From assembly GCF_009914755.1 (NCBI RefSeq), contig NC_060930.1: a stretch of DNA of 64,000 bases; one strand, 5' to 3'. Within the stretch, counting starts at the first letter, position 1; every line of letters starts with the position of its first letter. This DNA is from the human T2T-CHM13v2.0 reference genome, Homo sapiens. The notes beneath the pieces are model-generated. The model was not told the DNA's origin. It searched no databases and was given only the letters and a program-made list of their open reading frames with translations. This document shows, piece by piece, positions 43,069 through 61,236 of the stretch. Position numbers and translations under genes: made by a program.

Positions 43069-44317
43069 TTAGCTACTTGGGAGGTTGAGGTGGGACGATC
43101 GCTTCAGCTGTTGAGGCTGCAGTGAGGGGCGATTGTGCCACTGCCTTCCAGCCTGGAGTGAGACCCTGGCTCAAAAAAAAAAAAAAGGCTAAAATGTGGT
43201 CCCATAGAAACAAGATTAGAAAAAAGATATAGAGGTAGTATAACAGGACAAGCAAAGGAATGGAAGTAGTAAAGCAGAGAGTAGGCTTGGGAACTTCATT
43301 TGGGTAAAGGAAAGGAAAAGCAGATAAAGCTGGAAAAATAGGTTGGACAGTTGAACAGTTACTGAGTACCTACTCCATGCTAGGCACTATCTGCCAGAGA
43401 TATAAGGCTAGCTGCAACAAAGTAGTGAAGACTGTAAAGAATCTTGCCCCTAGTTCAAGGAGTTTGGGATTTATTCAATAGGTAAAAGGGAACCTTAGAT
43501 AGTACCTGTTCTTGAACCTATCATCAGATTTCTCATGTCAATCTCAACATAGCTGCAAGAATAATCTTCTTAAAATGTAATTGAATCATGCCTCTTAAAA
43601 AACAATCTACATTTTTTCCTGTAGCCTGTAAGACCTGATATAACCCGGCTCTTATCTCTTTCTCTAACCTCATCTTATGCCATCATCCTCCTTACTCACT
43701 GAGTTCTAGCCATCCAAGGTAGTTTTCCACTTCTTTTAACCCTTATGTTATTTCTTGCCTGAGTGCCCTCGTACATGCTGTTCTGATTGGCTGAAATGCT
43801 CTTCTCCCTGCATGAATGGTTTGTTCTTATCCTTCAGATTTTAGCTTAAAAGTACCACAGAGAGGCCTTTTCTCAACTACTGTATTTAAAAAGCAGTCCG
43901 GTGGAAAAATTTTAATTTAGTCAATGAAAGAAAGGCTAGAATTTCTTATGCAATCTGATAAAATTATAATTCACATATATAAAACTCATGTTATCTCACC
44001 TGTAGATCAAAATGATGGCAAATAAAGATGCAATAGAAAAAAGATGCATGAAGAGAGGGGTTGAGAATCATGATACATTCATTAGTTAATCAAAACAGAA
44101 ATCACAATTTAAGGACAAAAACACTCAATTTTCTAGCTACTGGCCTTTTTTTTTCTTTTTTTTAAATAGCATCTCTAAACAAACAAAAATAAAATTTAAA
44201 ACCCCCAAAAAAGTAAACAGAAAAAGAAAAAAAATAGCATCTCTATACCAATATCTGAAAACACAACATACTTTGAAATAGATGATGGCAGATGGGGAAA
44301 ATGACATTAGTCAATTA

Positions 44318-44897
<580 letters not shown>

Positions 44898-45848
44898 TTA
44901 AAAAAAAAAAAGTAAAACTCCCCAAAGATTCATGGATTTTGGAACTGGTTTTAAGACAACAAGATAAGGGTTACAATAAATCTAAAATAATTGTACTGAG
45001 TGAGGACATAAAGGGATCTTGCTCAAGGTTAATTTTACTCATTCACTTTATTAATCACCTGAATGAAAGGGAATATTACTAACTTATAACTTTAAAAAAT
45101 ACTGAGCTAATATTTTGGGATACTGAAAAAAAATTCAAGCTGACAATCAACCAGAAAAACAGTCCTATTAAAAAAAGGATGAATTCAATTAGCATGTTTA
45201 CAGCCTTTCTTCTTTTTTTTCCTGTGATAACAAGCCTAGTAGATGCCAATTACTGACACGGAGAGCTAACAGGATGTGGAAACAGGGAGTTTCATAGAGA
45301 CTGGGTAAATGAGGAGATACCACAGGACAGTGAGAGAGAACGGCTCTCCTTGGACACTCTCTGTGTCACTTCAGAAAGATTAGTTAACCTCCCTGAACTT
45401 CAAGGCGGTTGCATAATTGTTGTAAAGATAAATGGTAACTAGTGCTATTATTAGTGGAGAGAAGAATAAATGTTTTAATACTTTGTACTTTCCGCTGACT
45501 CTTTCAAAAACAAAAACAAAAGGAATTAAAAAAAAGTAATACCAATGGAAGGCAAAGATGATTTAGGTACATTGCAAATCAATAAGAATCTATATGATGG
45601 AGCATCCACAGGATGAGTCATTATAGAAGAAAACTTGAGATGTTTGGAAATGCCCACAGAGATTATGTTGTAGAAAACTTTATTATAAAACCTAGGGACA
45701 ATGTAGGTATATTTATGGTGAATCAGATGGTAGGAATGCAAGATAGTAATCTAAGTGTCCTTTATGAATGAGGAAATGCACCTGTGATACATATTGAAGG
45801 GATGAAGAAGGACGAGAGAACCTGAGTATAAATACAACTTAAATTCTA

Positions 45849-46179
<331 letters not shown>

Positions 46180-47177
46180 TCACCTGAGATAACAGTGGTA
46201 ATATGATCAATATGCCGTAATGTTAAATTAGTGGCATAAACTGGAAGTAAAATATGGGAATACATTCAGCAAGGAGATTGAATACTAGGATCAGAGAAAA
46301 TATGCTAGATTTAAGTATATTTTACTTTGTCAAGAAGAACAGGAACCTGGTAATAGAGGAGTAATTTTAATTTTGTGATCAGGAAGGGTTTACTTAATGG
46401 ACCTCTACTGATAAGAACAAAATAAAAACATTCAGATGAATGAAAAATCTTTTAATAGTACCTGGCAATTTCCAAAGTATTCTAGCAATCCTTATCACAT
46501 ATGAATTTTATATCTAATCTGTGACTGAAAACAGGGAAGGTATTTTAGTCCCAGTTTAAAAAATGATGGGACTGAGATCTAGAGATTAGAGCTTACCTAA
46601 GGTTTCACTGTTAGATACAATAGAGCTATTATTCAAACTCTGGTCCAGTGTTCATTCCAACAGCATGATACACTGCTACTTAAAATAATCTTCATCCTCT
46701 ACACCAAGCCCAGTGGCCATTATCTTGCTTGAATTAAAGAAATGCAAGAGAGCAAAATACACCATTCCCTGGATTTCAGAGGTAGAAGTTCGAAGTTATA
46801 AAGGAAAAGTGAAAATTATTAAGTATGGGGGTACACATGATGAAATACAAAAGAAAAGTGGGAAGGAAAAGAAAGACAAGAATCAAAATTTTAAAAAATG
46901 ATAAAACTATTAAGAGGAGGGAAATAAAAGAGGCAAAAATCAATAATACTTCTAAAAAGAGCAGAATCATAGAACTAAATTGAGATAGTTATATAAAATC
47001 ATAAAATATTTGTCTCTAAGTTACAAGACCAGAAAAAATAAAAGAATAAGCGATAAAAAAGAAATTAAATGCAACTCAACAGTCTATTGTGTAAAATGTG
47101 CTTCAGACTTGGGCATCAATGATAGAGCAGAGTTTAACGGTGGCAAGAGCACAAGAGGTAAGGATGGTCAATCTTAA

Positions 47178-47489
<312 letters not shown>

Positions 47490-47728
47490 TAATGGTTTAT
47501 TTTCTTCTCTCCTAAAGTATGAGCTATGAAGTCTCTTTTGGAAAAAAGTTTTCTCTGGTTTTTGAGTAAAGGTTCCAATTTCGGGGTGCTCCTACTAGAG
47601 ACCTCATTTACCACAAACAAAATCTATTCAGGTAATTTTCTAGTTAGTCCTTTCTCTAAAAAATAAACCCCTGTTATCATCCAACGTTATTTTTTGGTTC
47701 ATATTCATACCAAAGAATGACATCTTTA

Positions 47729-48019
<291 letters not shown>

Positions 48020-49231
48020 CTACAAAAATCAGAAAAGAATAAAACAATCCTTTAAGACCTTCACAGAGCAGCTCTTTTCTCTTACTGGCATGTAAGTACA
48101 TATAAATGAGATTTTGAACCACTATTTTGGACTGAAGAACATGCAAACTTTCTAGTAGGTGGGTGAGTCATAACAATATAGATATACAGTATTTAGAAGT
48201 GAATGAAAAAGAACTGACAGTCGTAAACTTCAAGAAGGCTTGCAATTTTATAAAACTAGACTGCAGGATGAGCTGCCAGAAGCTTTATAATAACTATGAC
48301 CAAGAAGGCTCACAAAAGAATCACAAAAAAGGCTTGGGTATCTCTGAACCTACTATGGCTCGGGAGGCTGCCGTCCCCCCGGCCCTGCCTCCCCCTCCCA
48401 AAAAAAGAGTCACAGGCTTAATCCAGAAAGCTATTAAGCAGAAAACTGTAGTGGCTGAGCTAGGCTTTGGGAACCAGGCTTGGTTTTAATCCTAGCTCTA
48501 TTACTTACCGAATGTGTGATCTGGGAAGAGGAAATGAAATAGGCACATAAAATAAGGCTTGATGTACAGTTAGTGTTCACTTAGTGCTGGCTATTAACAT
48601 GCATAAATGTAGATATTAATAATATCTCCCCATTTCAGACGAAGCACTTAAACAAGCACATGGAACAATTCCAAAGAGCAAGAATTTAAATCAAGCCACA
48701 AACTTCATGTGAATAGAACCTGTGTTTTCATTAGTAACAGCACACAGCAAGGTACTAATGAAGATTTAGTGACTGATCTGAGTATCTGACATTTTTAATG
48801 CAGTGTAGCTGTATAACAAAGCCAACATGTCAAGAACCATTCCGGGATTTCTTTCTACTGCTGATATAAGGCAGATGAAGATAAGTAGCAGGGTCAACAA
48901 AAGCACTTTGCAAAGAAAAAGACACAAAGCAAACTCTTACTTTTCCTTATTTAGGGTACCAATTTGCAGTTTATCTGTGGAATTCTAGGATTTCATGTAC
49001 ATTCCAGCAGTATTGTCCCTGAAGGTCACAGGTTGGAGTGGAGAAAGTGAGTGATGTGTACCCAAATGTTACTCAGCAACATTATTAAAGTCAAATATAA
49101 AGATTTTCGGAGAGATTTATTTTGTTTAGAGAGAAACCCTCTTTCCTGCTTGAATGCTCTGCTTGTGAATGATAGAGGAGATTCATCTAAGTATGAACTA
49201 GTATCTTCGTGAGCACTGAAAATGGGTGAAA

Positions 49232-49262
<31 letters not shown>

Positions 49263-49589
49263 AATTTTTTTTTTGAGACGGAATCTCGCTGTGGCCCAGG
49301 CTGGAGTGCAGTGGCGCGATCTCGGCTCACTGCAGGCTCCACCCCTTGGGGTTCACACCATTCCCCCGCTTCAGCCTCCCGAGTAGCTGGGACCACAGGC
49401 GCCCACCACCTCGCCCGTCTAATTTTTTGTATTTTCAGTAGAGATGGGGTTTCACCATGTTAGCCAGGATGGTCTTGATCTCCTGACCTCGTGATCCATG
49501 TGCCTCGGCCTCCCAAAGTGCTGGGATTACAGGTGTGAGCCACCGCGCCTGGCCAAAAATTTATTATTTTTTTTTATTTATTTTTTTGA

Positions 49590-49694
<105 letters not shown>

Positions 49695-50485
49695 TGAGTA
49701 GCTGGGATTATAGGTGTGTGCTACCACGCCCAGCTAATTTTTGTATTTTTAGTAAAGACAGGGTTTCACCGTGTTGGCCAGGCTGGTCTCAAACTACTCA
49801 CCTCAGGTGATCCACCTGCCTCAGCCTCCTAAAGTGCTGGGATTACAGGCATGAGTCACTGCACCCAGCCTGCAAATGTACTTCTAAAAAGAATACTAGC
49901 TTTTCTTTCTGTACTATCTCCTCGTGTGATAAGCAACATAAAATGAAGTATATATAACTTAATTATAAACAAATGATGAATACACATTTATCAATACCAC
50001 TATAACATAAGGCAGGCAAAATGACTTATGTGGCTTAGGTTGGGCATGTGTACATTCAGAAAAGAATGTCCTAAGAAACTGGCCAGTTCTTGTTTTTCAT
50101 CTTGCAACTGAGATTACCTAAACTCTCTTGCAGCTGTAACTCTATAAGTGATATAGGGTTATAAATAATACTCCTATAAAAGCTATTTAGAAAATTTAAA
50201 ACAGTTTAATTTTCTGTTATATAAAACAGGTTTTTCCAAATTTTCTTTAAGCATGGTATGTTTATAGAGGGAATGGAAGAACTACTTTTCAAACAGATGA
50301 AGGTGTATTACGGCATAGCAGTAGTAGCTATAGTTACAAGTTATTGCCCAATCAGTTCCTGGGAAAACACAAAAAGAAAGTGATTCAGAGTATACACAAA
50401 CAAAGTATAGTTTCTGTAGGATGAAAAAAGACCTTTTAATATTTTTACTTGCAAGTATTTTAGGATAATTAAAATTGTTTCCTTA

Positions 50486-50722
<237 letters not shown>

Positions 50723-51492
50723 TTATTTATTTTTAAATTTTTATTTTTAGAGACAGGGTTTTGCCATGTTGCTTAGGCTGGTCTTGAACTCCTGGGCTCA
50801 AGCCATCCACCCACCTCAGCCTCCCAAAGTGCTGTGATTATAGGCATTGGCCACCATACCCGGCTGCTTTAATTAAAAAAGTTAATTACATGATATTGTC
50901 TAAATAATGAAAAAGGTTGCTTTTTAAAAGTACAAAAATAATTATGAAAAAATGTTAAAGAATATTCTTAGATTAAGCAAATCTAAGAAACATTTGTCAA
51001 AGATTAGCTGTTTCTCATATCTGTAGTTTTGGTAAAAATTTCACACATGAGAGCCTGAACTATAAGAAAGTTCATTAAAACATGGAGGTAGTAGTTTTAT
51101 CACCTTTGCTGAGAAAAAGATCTATTCCAGATTCAAACTGAACCCCTACTCCTTGTCAGCTGGCAAAGATATACGGCATGAGAAAAGCAGGTAAGGAGGT
51201 TTAATGGCATTACTATTTCTGAAAAACTATCTGAAACATGGTCAATAAGTACTTGAGTACTTACAATGACATGATATATTACTGATTATGAGTTAGTAGC
51301 CATCTCATTGTTAAATGTAGCATAGCAAAAAAAATTTACTGCCAAGGGTAGGGCATGAAATTTCTCTTGATAAATTTCTTACCTCGAAGAGTATCCTCAA
51401 AGGCTGGGTTTGAATCAGAAGCCATGATTAATACTTAAAGCCATCGTAAACTAAATGCATTTAAGAATCTAGAAGCAAACTTGCAGAACCTA

Positions 51493-52069
<577 letters not shown>

Positions 52070-52927
52070 TCAACCTCTTAGTAACAAAGAGAAATTAGCT
52101 AATCCAGAGTCTGAACATCTTTAAGTTTAGTAAACTCTGAGTGGCTGATAAATACCTCTTTAAAGATATAAACATGTATTTCATTAAGCAATGACATATT
52201 AAAATTAAATGAAAATATGTGTGCTTTTATTTGGTAATGACACATCAACATCATATAAATGTGTGTATGTTTTTCCCCTACTTAAGAATCCTGGTGTTTT
52301 CATTAACCTAGCATCAAAGGAGAGAATATATTTTACAGAATACAAAAGTCTTGATACTGGCTCAGATGAACTGATTTAGACTGAAACATTAATGAATATG
52401 CACAACTATACTTAGGTTTATATTAATATATTATGATCCAACTCACTTTTCTGTATGCCCTCCTATGTTTAACAACTGCTATTATTTTTTTTTCCCTGTG
52501 TAAGATTAACTTCTTTTAACAGGAAACTTTTCATTTGGCATTCTTAAATCCTTTCTTCAGGGGTACAGCTATGAAATTTATGGTACCACTACCATAGTTA
52601 GATCCAGATCTGTAAGAACTGAATTTCTAAAGTTCTATTCACATTGTCTCTATTACTAGAATCTAGGCGAATTTGCTTTCTGCTGCAACCAAATGGGCAG
52701 TTGTCCAGTTAATGACGGTTTGGATATTGTGAGGCATGTTTTGTAAAAAAACACATTTTCTTTTTTCTTTCTTTTTTTTTTTAGAGACAGGGTCTTGCTC
52801 TGTTGCCCAAGCTGGAGTACAGTGGGTGATCATAACTTTCTGTAACCTCGAACCCCTGGACTCAAGTGATCCTCTCACCTCAGCCTCTTGAGTAGCTGGG
52901 ACTAAAGGCATATGGCAGCATATCTGA

Positions 52928-53101
<174 letters not shown>

Positions 53102-53940
53102 TGATATTACCTAGAAGTCTGGATGGGGGACTCAAAAATCTAGCTAAATGTGTGCATTAAAATGTGTTACTTTGAGCAATTTGGAGCAAGAAAAACCCAG
53201 ATTTATGTACTATGTCTGTTTTGTCAATGCAGCATTTAAAAAGATCATTACCTATTTCAGCAAAGGAGTGATGAGATGTGATTTATGGTTTAAAAAGCTT
53301 ATCTGGTTGATGGTTTAAAGAGCTCATCTGGACCCTGCATGGAGACTATAGAAAGGAGAAGTGTGAAGGGTGTAAGGAATGTACAGTCAGGGAGATCACT
53401 TAAAGGACTACTGTAGCTTTCCAGCTAAGAGATGAAGGTGGCTTAAACTACAGTGAAAGCAGCAGTGAAGAAAAATGGGCAGATCTGAGATGTTTAAAGG
53501 CAGAATTAACAGGCCTTGCCCAAATGTTAGATGTGGGAGTAAGTGAAGGGGAGGGATGAAGTTATTAGTAATTCTCTTACTCTAAAAAACTCTATTTTAT
53601 GCTACTGTAATTTGTAATGTTATTACTTCATTCTATCCTTATTTGCAGTTATCTTATTTTACTGTACATTATTAGTTTTCCCTAAGTGATGCTTTATTGG
53701 GACTATGATATACCTTATCATGTGAATTACAAGGGGCTAGAATGTTGAGAAATGAAAGAAAGGTAAGTAAAATGATTTCAAATTACTCGTGGTATTACTT
53801 GGAAATCTGACCTACAAGTTATAGATCAGGCAACTTTAACTTTTGGATGCATAGTCAGTAATTAGAAAATAAAAAGCGGCCAGGCACGGTGGCTCACGCC
53901 TGTAATCCCAGCACTTTGGGAGGACGAAGCGGGTGGATCA

Positions 53941-54159
<219 letters not shown>

Positions 54160-55075
54160 TCAAAAAAAAAAGAAAATAAAAAGCCAACTCAGGTGTCACA
54201 AAGTATATTACTATGAGATTCTAAGAAATATTAAAAATAAACAATTACTAGCTAATAAAATGGTTGCTGATTACAAATATATTCAATCAGAAAATTTTTA
54301 TTTCAAGAAGGTATAGCAGTAAAGAAAAACATGCCTGGGAATGTGAATATTCTTTGAAATTGATCCAACAAAAGCATGCTTGCATGACCAAGAGAGAGAA
54401 CATCCATTGAGCATCAAGTTCAAAGCAAAATCATGCTTGCATAAGGAACATGGCACCCATCAAAAACAAACATCAGCTTCTAAAATGTGTTTTAAACTTA
54501 GGAATGTGTGTGGGTGTAACTGAAAGTACACAGGCTAATTTAGAGTGGGACCTGGGAATGAATCTGTTTCTGATTTTTCACTGGCTGTGTGCTTTTGTAG
54601 AAATTACTTACTAGTTTTCATTCTCAGGTTTCTTAGCTATAATATGTAGAGACCACCATCTACCCACTGGGCTGCATGGGGATTAAATGAAATACTGCAA
54701 GACATTATAGCAGGCACTTAGTAAAAAGGATTTCTTCCTCCTTTTTATCTGGAGAAAGTTATGCCAATAAGACAAAGTACTATGTACGTATATATAAAAA
54801 GGAACAAAAGAGGCACATTAATCTGATGGAGGGGACAGTGGAGACAGTCAGAGAAGGCCTCTTGGAGAAGTCTCTTCAAGGAGCAGGAAGTCACCAGTAG
54901 GGACAGATGGAACAATCCAAGCAAAAGCAGCAGCATGTACAGAGGTATGGAAATGAGACAGATAAACATAGGGAGAGCAGGACATTCTAAATGATCTGCA
55001 GTATCTAGATTACGTATTGTAGTAACTCTAAGAACTAACACTATTGAGTGGGATAGTGGGTATTAAGTTTAATAA

Positions 55076-55384
<309 letters not shown>

Positions 55385-55495
55385 TAGACAATAATAGATA
55401 ATATTTATTACAAGCCGGGCATGGTGGCTCACACTCGTAATCCCAGCACTTTGGGAAGCTGAGATGGGGAAGGATTGCTTGAGCCCAGGAGTTCA

Positions 55496-55723
<228 letters not shown>

Positions 55724-56169
55724 CTATACGCTTGGCACTAGTCGAAGTATTTTGCCTGAATTAGGGTTATTATAAGGATTCACTGAGTTAGTAATGTAAA
55801 ATACTTAGAAGAGTGCTTGGCACAGAGTAACTGTGAATTATTATGGGTTTTTTTTTCTGGAAATTAGGAATTGAGGTTATTTCTTAGGAATTGAGGTTAG
55901 TTCTCATTTGTGAGAAATTGGGATCTGGGAAAAGTAAGAAATTGTTGAAGAGAGTGGGGGCATGAGGTTCTCAGTGAAACACAGGAATGCTGAGCAGATA
56001 CCCATACAGAATTGGTGGGAACAATCTGCCCTAGTGTGTAACTTCATAAGCACTGCATGCCTGTGCTCAGGAGTAGGCACTAAGAAAGCAGATAGCTGGC
56101 ACTGAGATGGATGTGATGACAAAGAAGGGGGCAAGGGAATCGAGAGTATTGGCAAGAAAATAAAGTGTT

Positions 56170-56795
56170 GGGCTGGGTGCTGTGGCTCACGCCTGTAATC
56201 CTAGCACTTTGGGAGGCTGACGCAGGAGGATCACTTGAGCCCAGGAGTTTGAGACCAGCCTGAGCAACTAAGTGAGACCTTTTTTCTACAAAAAAAAAAA
56301 AAAAGAAAAAGAAAAAAAGGCCGGGCACGGTGGCTCACGCCTGTAATCCCAGCACTCTGGGAGGCCGAGGCAGGTGGATCACGTGGTCAGGAGATCGAGA
56401 CCATCCTGGCTAACACGGTGAAACCCCTTCTGTACTAAAAATAGAAAAAATTAGCCGGGCGTGGTGGCGGGTGCCTGTAGTCCCAGCTACTCGGAGGCTG
56501 AGGCAGGAGAATGGCATGAACCCGGGAGGCGGAGCATGCAGTGAGCCGAGATAGCGCGACTGCAGTCCAGCCTGGGCGAAAGAGCAAGACTCCGTCTCAA
56601 AAAAAAAAAAAAAAAAAAAAAAGAAAAAGAAAAAAATTAGCCAGGTGTGGTGGCACATGCCTGCAGTCCCAGTTCTTCAGGAAGCTTAGGTAGGAGGGTC
56701 ACTTGAGCCTGGGAGGTTGAGGCTGCAGTAAGACCTGTTTGAGCCACTGCATTCTAGCCTGGGCAACAGAGTGAGATCCTGAAAAAAAAAAAAAA
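56170..56795 (+). mobile_element. AluJ split at its middle A-rich linker by an AluY (56319-~56622)
   Basis: Left monomer, complete AluY, then right monomer; AAGAAAAAGAAAAAAA duplicated on both sides of the AluY. Confidence 0.85.
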
Positions 56796-57349
56796 GAAAA
56801 TAAAGTGTTGGACTTTGATTGTAACCCAAGAAGAAAGCAAAATGGAGAGGGCTGAAAGTTTAGGAAAATATACACTAGGATATAAAAGTCTATAAGGGCA
56901 GGAGCTTTTGTTCTGTTTTGTTTACTTCTTTGTATCTCCAGTGTCTAGAGCCGTGTATGGGAGAATTAGCATGCTGACACAATTCTACTTTCTACACTTG
57001 TATTCTACTTATGGAATAGTCATGACGGTAATTAAGACAGACAGACTCATAATCCTATCAAATCTTCAGATCTACTAATTACCAATTTACAGTAAATCAG
57101 GAGGGCAGAAGATGTTAAAGGACAACATAAGGATATAAAATTGCAGGGAAAAGAAAAGGAGCGGGGCAGGGGAAACAGATTAAAAGAGACAAAAAACATT
57201 TCAATCATCTGGAAGGTATGGACATTATTGAGATCCTGATTTGAACACACTATAAAAAATTAGGACATAGGCCCGGCCCGGTGGCTCAGGCCTGTAATCC
57301 CAGCACTTTGGGAGGCCAAGGCGGGTGGATCACCTGAGGTCAGAAGTTA

Positions 57350-57577
<228 letters not shown>

Positions 57578-57654
57578 TCAGGACATAATTGAGGAAATAT
57601 GAACACTGAGTATTTTGTAAGTATTATTATTATTTTATTATTATTATTTTTTGA

Positions 57655-57849
<195 letters not shown>

Positions 57850-59593
57850 TAGCCGGGATGGTCTCGGTCTGCTGACCTCAGGTGATCCGCCCGCCTCGGC
57901 CTCCCAAAGTGAGTAAGCATTATTTTTATTTGCTGTGATAATAGTACTGTAGTTATGTTAAAAAGAGTCCTTATCTTTTAGAGGTAAATAATTGAAATAT
58001 TTACATATGAAATGACATGGTATCTGGGATTTGCTTCAAAATACACAGTATGTATGAGCATAAGGCAAGACTGGCCATGAATTGATAACTGTTTAATCTG
58101 GGTGCTGGTTACATGGGGGCTCATTATATACTTCTCTTAATTGCCATATATGCTCCTTCTCTATAAAACTTATCATATTCTAAATAGCAAAAACAGTATG
58201 TTACTATTATTTCCACTTCACTTGCTCTCCAGTGGGTATGTAAAGAGGGAAAATAAAAAAGGAAATGGTTGTAACAAACGTAGCCACCTAAAGCCAGGAA
58301 GGACAGGGCCAGTACCATAAGATCCATACACTCAACACATGAATCAAGTAGGGATTGTTTTTAAAAGGGATGCTATAAGCTACTTTTTTAAAAATCAACT
58401 TTATTGAAGTATAATTTACGTGATAAATGTATACATTTGTCCATCTCAATCTTTATTGAGATGTATAACTTTTCTATCCACATCTCTGCTAACATTTGGT
58501 ATTATCAGCCTTTTGGATTTTAGCTATTCTAGTGGGTGTATAGTGCCTCGTTGTAATTTTAATCTGCATTTTCCTGAGAATAATGTTTAACATTTGTGCT
58601 AAATTTTGATTATACATATACATATTTTTCAATTGTAACAATGTAATAATCTCTGGCAAATATCTTTATTATAACTTTTATTTCTGTATTTCTATATTAT
58701 TTTATGAGGAATATTATACAATTTGAACACTACAAGCCACAGAAAATGATCAGTTTATGGAACTAAGTCCGACTTCCAGGTAAAACATAACTATGGTATG
58801 GTATTTACAGTTTGTGTTGACTAAAATAAGCTCCCGGCTGCCAGATGGAGCTATAAGGTTGCCACCTCTACTGCCACCATCTGGTAACATTAAAAACAAA
58901 TAAAAATATAGAAACTATACAATTCTGGGTTAGCCAAAGTCAAATTTCCAACACAACTCTTTCTCACGCACAGATCTTTGAAACTATAGAATGCATTCAA
59001 ACTGATTTGTTCTTTAGTTTTCGTTACTTTTAAATAAACTATATTACAAAAGTGTCAAATAGCAAAATATTTTAATTTTCTCAAATTCAGGGAAGATGCT
59101 TTATGACGTACCTGCTTTTCGATTTGTTCCAAGACCTTTGGCAAATTACTTTAGAACTCCATAGGTATCTTGAGGATAACTGAACCTTTTCCTAACTTAA
59201 ATCATAGACTGCCAGACGGAAAAAAAATGTCCTCGATGTTTTTAGTCTCTTACTGCACAATGTCAAGATATTAGCTGGGTTATACAATAGTTGCCCTCTG
59301 CATACTCACAAATGTTAACTCCAGTCCTTTTTTGTCTTCCCTCCCCGCCTAAGAAGCTACCAGGTCACATGCTGGCGGATACGCAGTGGCGGAAACCTAG
59401 CGGTGACAGGGAAGGACAGCCCTCTGCCTACTGATCTGCAGGTTTCTCCTCCAGTTTGCTCTTACACCGGGGTCCTCCGCTCGGACCTTAGCCCATTCAT
59501 TTGATGATTCTCTCCCAGTTCGTTCTTCCACTGGGTCCCTTGCTCAGCACTACCCAAAATAACCACCAGCTCAGCGCCGGCTGCACCGCCGCT

Positions 59594-59623
59594 CCCCCGC
59601 CCCCGCCCCCGCCCCCGCCCCCG
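59594..59623. repeat. (CCCCCG)5 hexamer repeat in intron 1; (GGGGGC)n on the transcribed-sense strand
   Basis: Five perfect units read directly. Confidence 0.95.
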
Positions 59624-59756
59624 CCCGGTGGGGCTGCACCTGCCGAGGCCCCGGCTCGGCTCCGCGATCACGGTCGCGGCCCCCGGGGTTCCCGAGGGGC
59701 TTCTGCGCACCGAGGCAGGCGGGACTGAGCGGCACTCTGAACGGGCTCCCCTCTTA

Positions 59757-60266
<510 letters not shown>

Positions 60267-60525
60267 CTACGCATGCCGGGGAGCCGGTGTTCGGACGACC
60301 GTCTCCCGCTCCTGCACCCCCTTGTAAAGTGCAGGGGCCACCCTGCCCGCAGCGAGGATGAGTGGGGGCTTGCGGGCGGGCAGTGGGGACTTGAATTGCA
60401 CATAATTAAGGGGAGGGCTTCGACCGAACTAGGGAAGTGGGTGGTGTGCATTTCACAACTTGACATTCGCTTGTTAGCGGTCAGTTGCCATACTGTTAGC
60501 AACCTTTGTACGATCTACCTCGTGA

Positions 60526-60861
<336 letters not shown>

Positions 60862-60897
60862 TAAAATAGCTTTTAGGCGGAAAAACAGCAATGGAAA

Positions 60898-60973
60898 TTT
60901 GTTGAGTCCTATGATGTTGCTGGTTTTATAGGTAAAAGTAATCAACATAGGTAGTTTCATATGGTTCGACCTA
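60898..60973. mobile_element. MADE2-like mariner MITE, degenerate
   Basis: About 76 bp ending TTTCATATGGTTCGACCTA, with a degenerate inverted left end. Confidence 0.6.
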
Positions 60974-61228
60974 TGGAATCCTCTGATGTATGTGTGCATG
61001 CTTTATCTCCACGATAGAATTTGGATAGATTGTGCTAGCATTTGCGGACTCTGAAAGTGAAACTAGGAAAACCCAGCTTGCCTTGGCAGGGCAGATCTGG
61101 ATCCGCCAATAAAGGCTGTCTCTGTGGAGGTAGAAAATAAGATGTAGATGCTCTCGGAGAGTTTGGTGTAGACAGGGAAGACCCACAAGCCACTAATTCA
61201 GTAAACCAGGTTAGAAGCTTAGTGAGGT

Positions 61229-61236
61229 TCACGTGA
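61229..61236. promoter_or_regulatory. CLEAR-like E-box TCACGTGA (candidate TFEB/TFE3/USF site)
   Basis: Palindromic 8-mer about 1.25 kb upstream of the ATG of a lysosomal gene; motif only. Confidence 0.35.

Noticed and set aside
60484-60503. GTTGCCAT...TAGCAAC resembling an RFX X-box
   Set aside because: Half-sites are spaced too widely for the canonical motif
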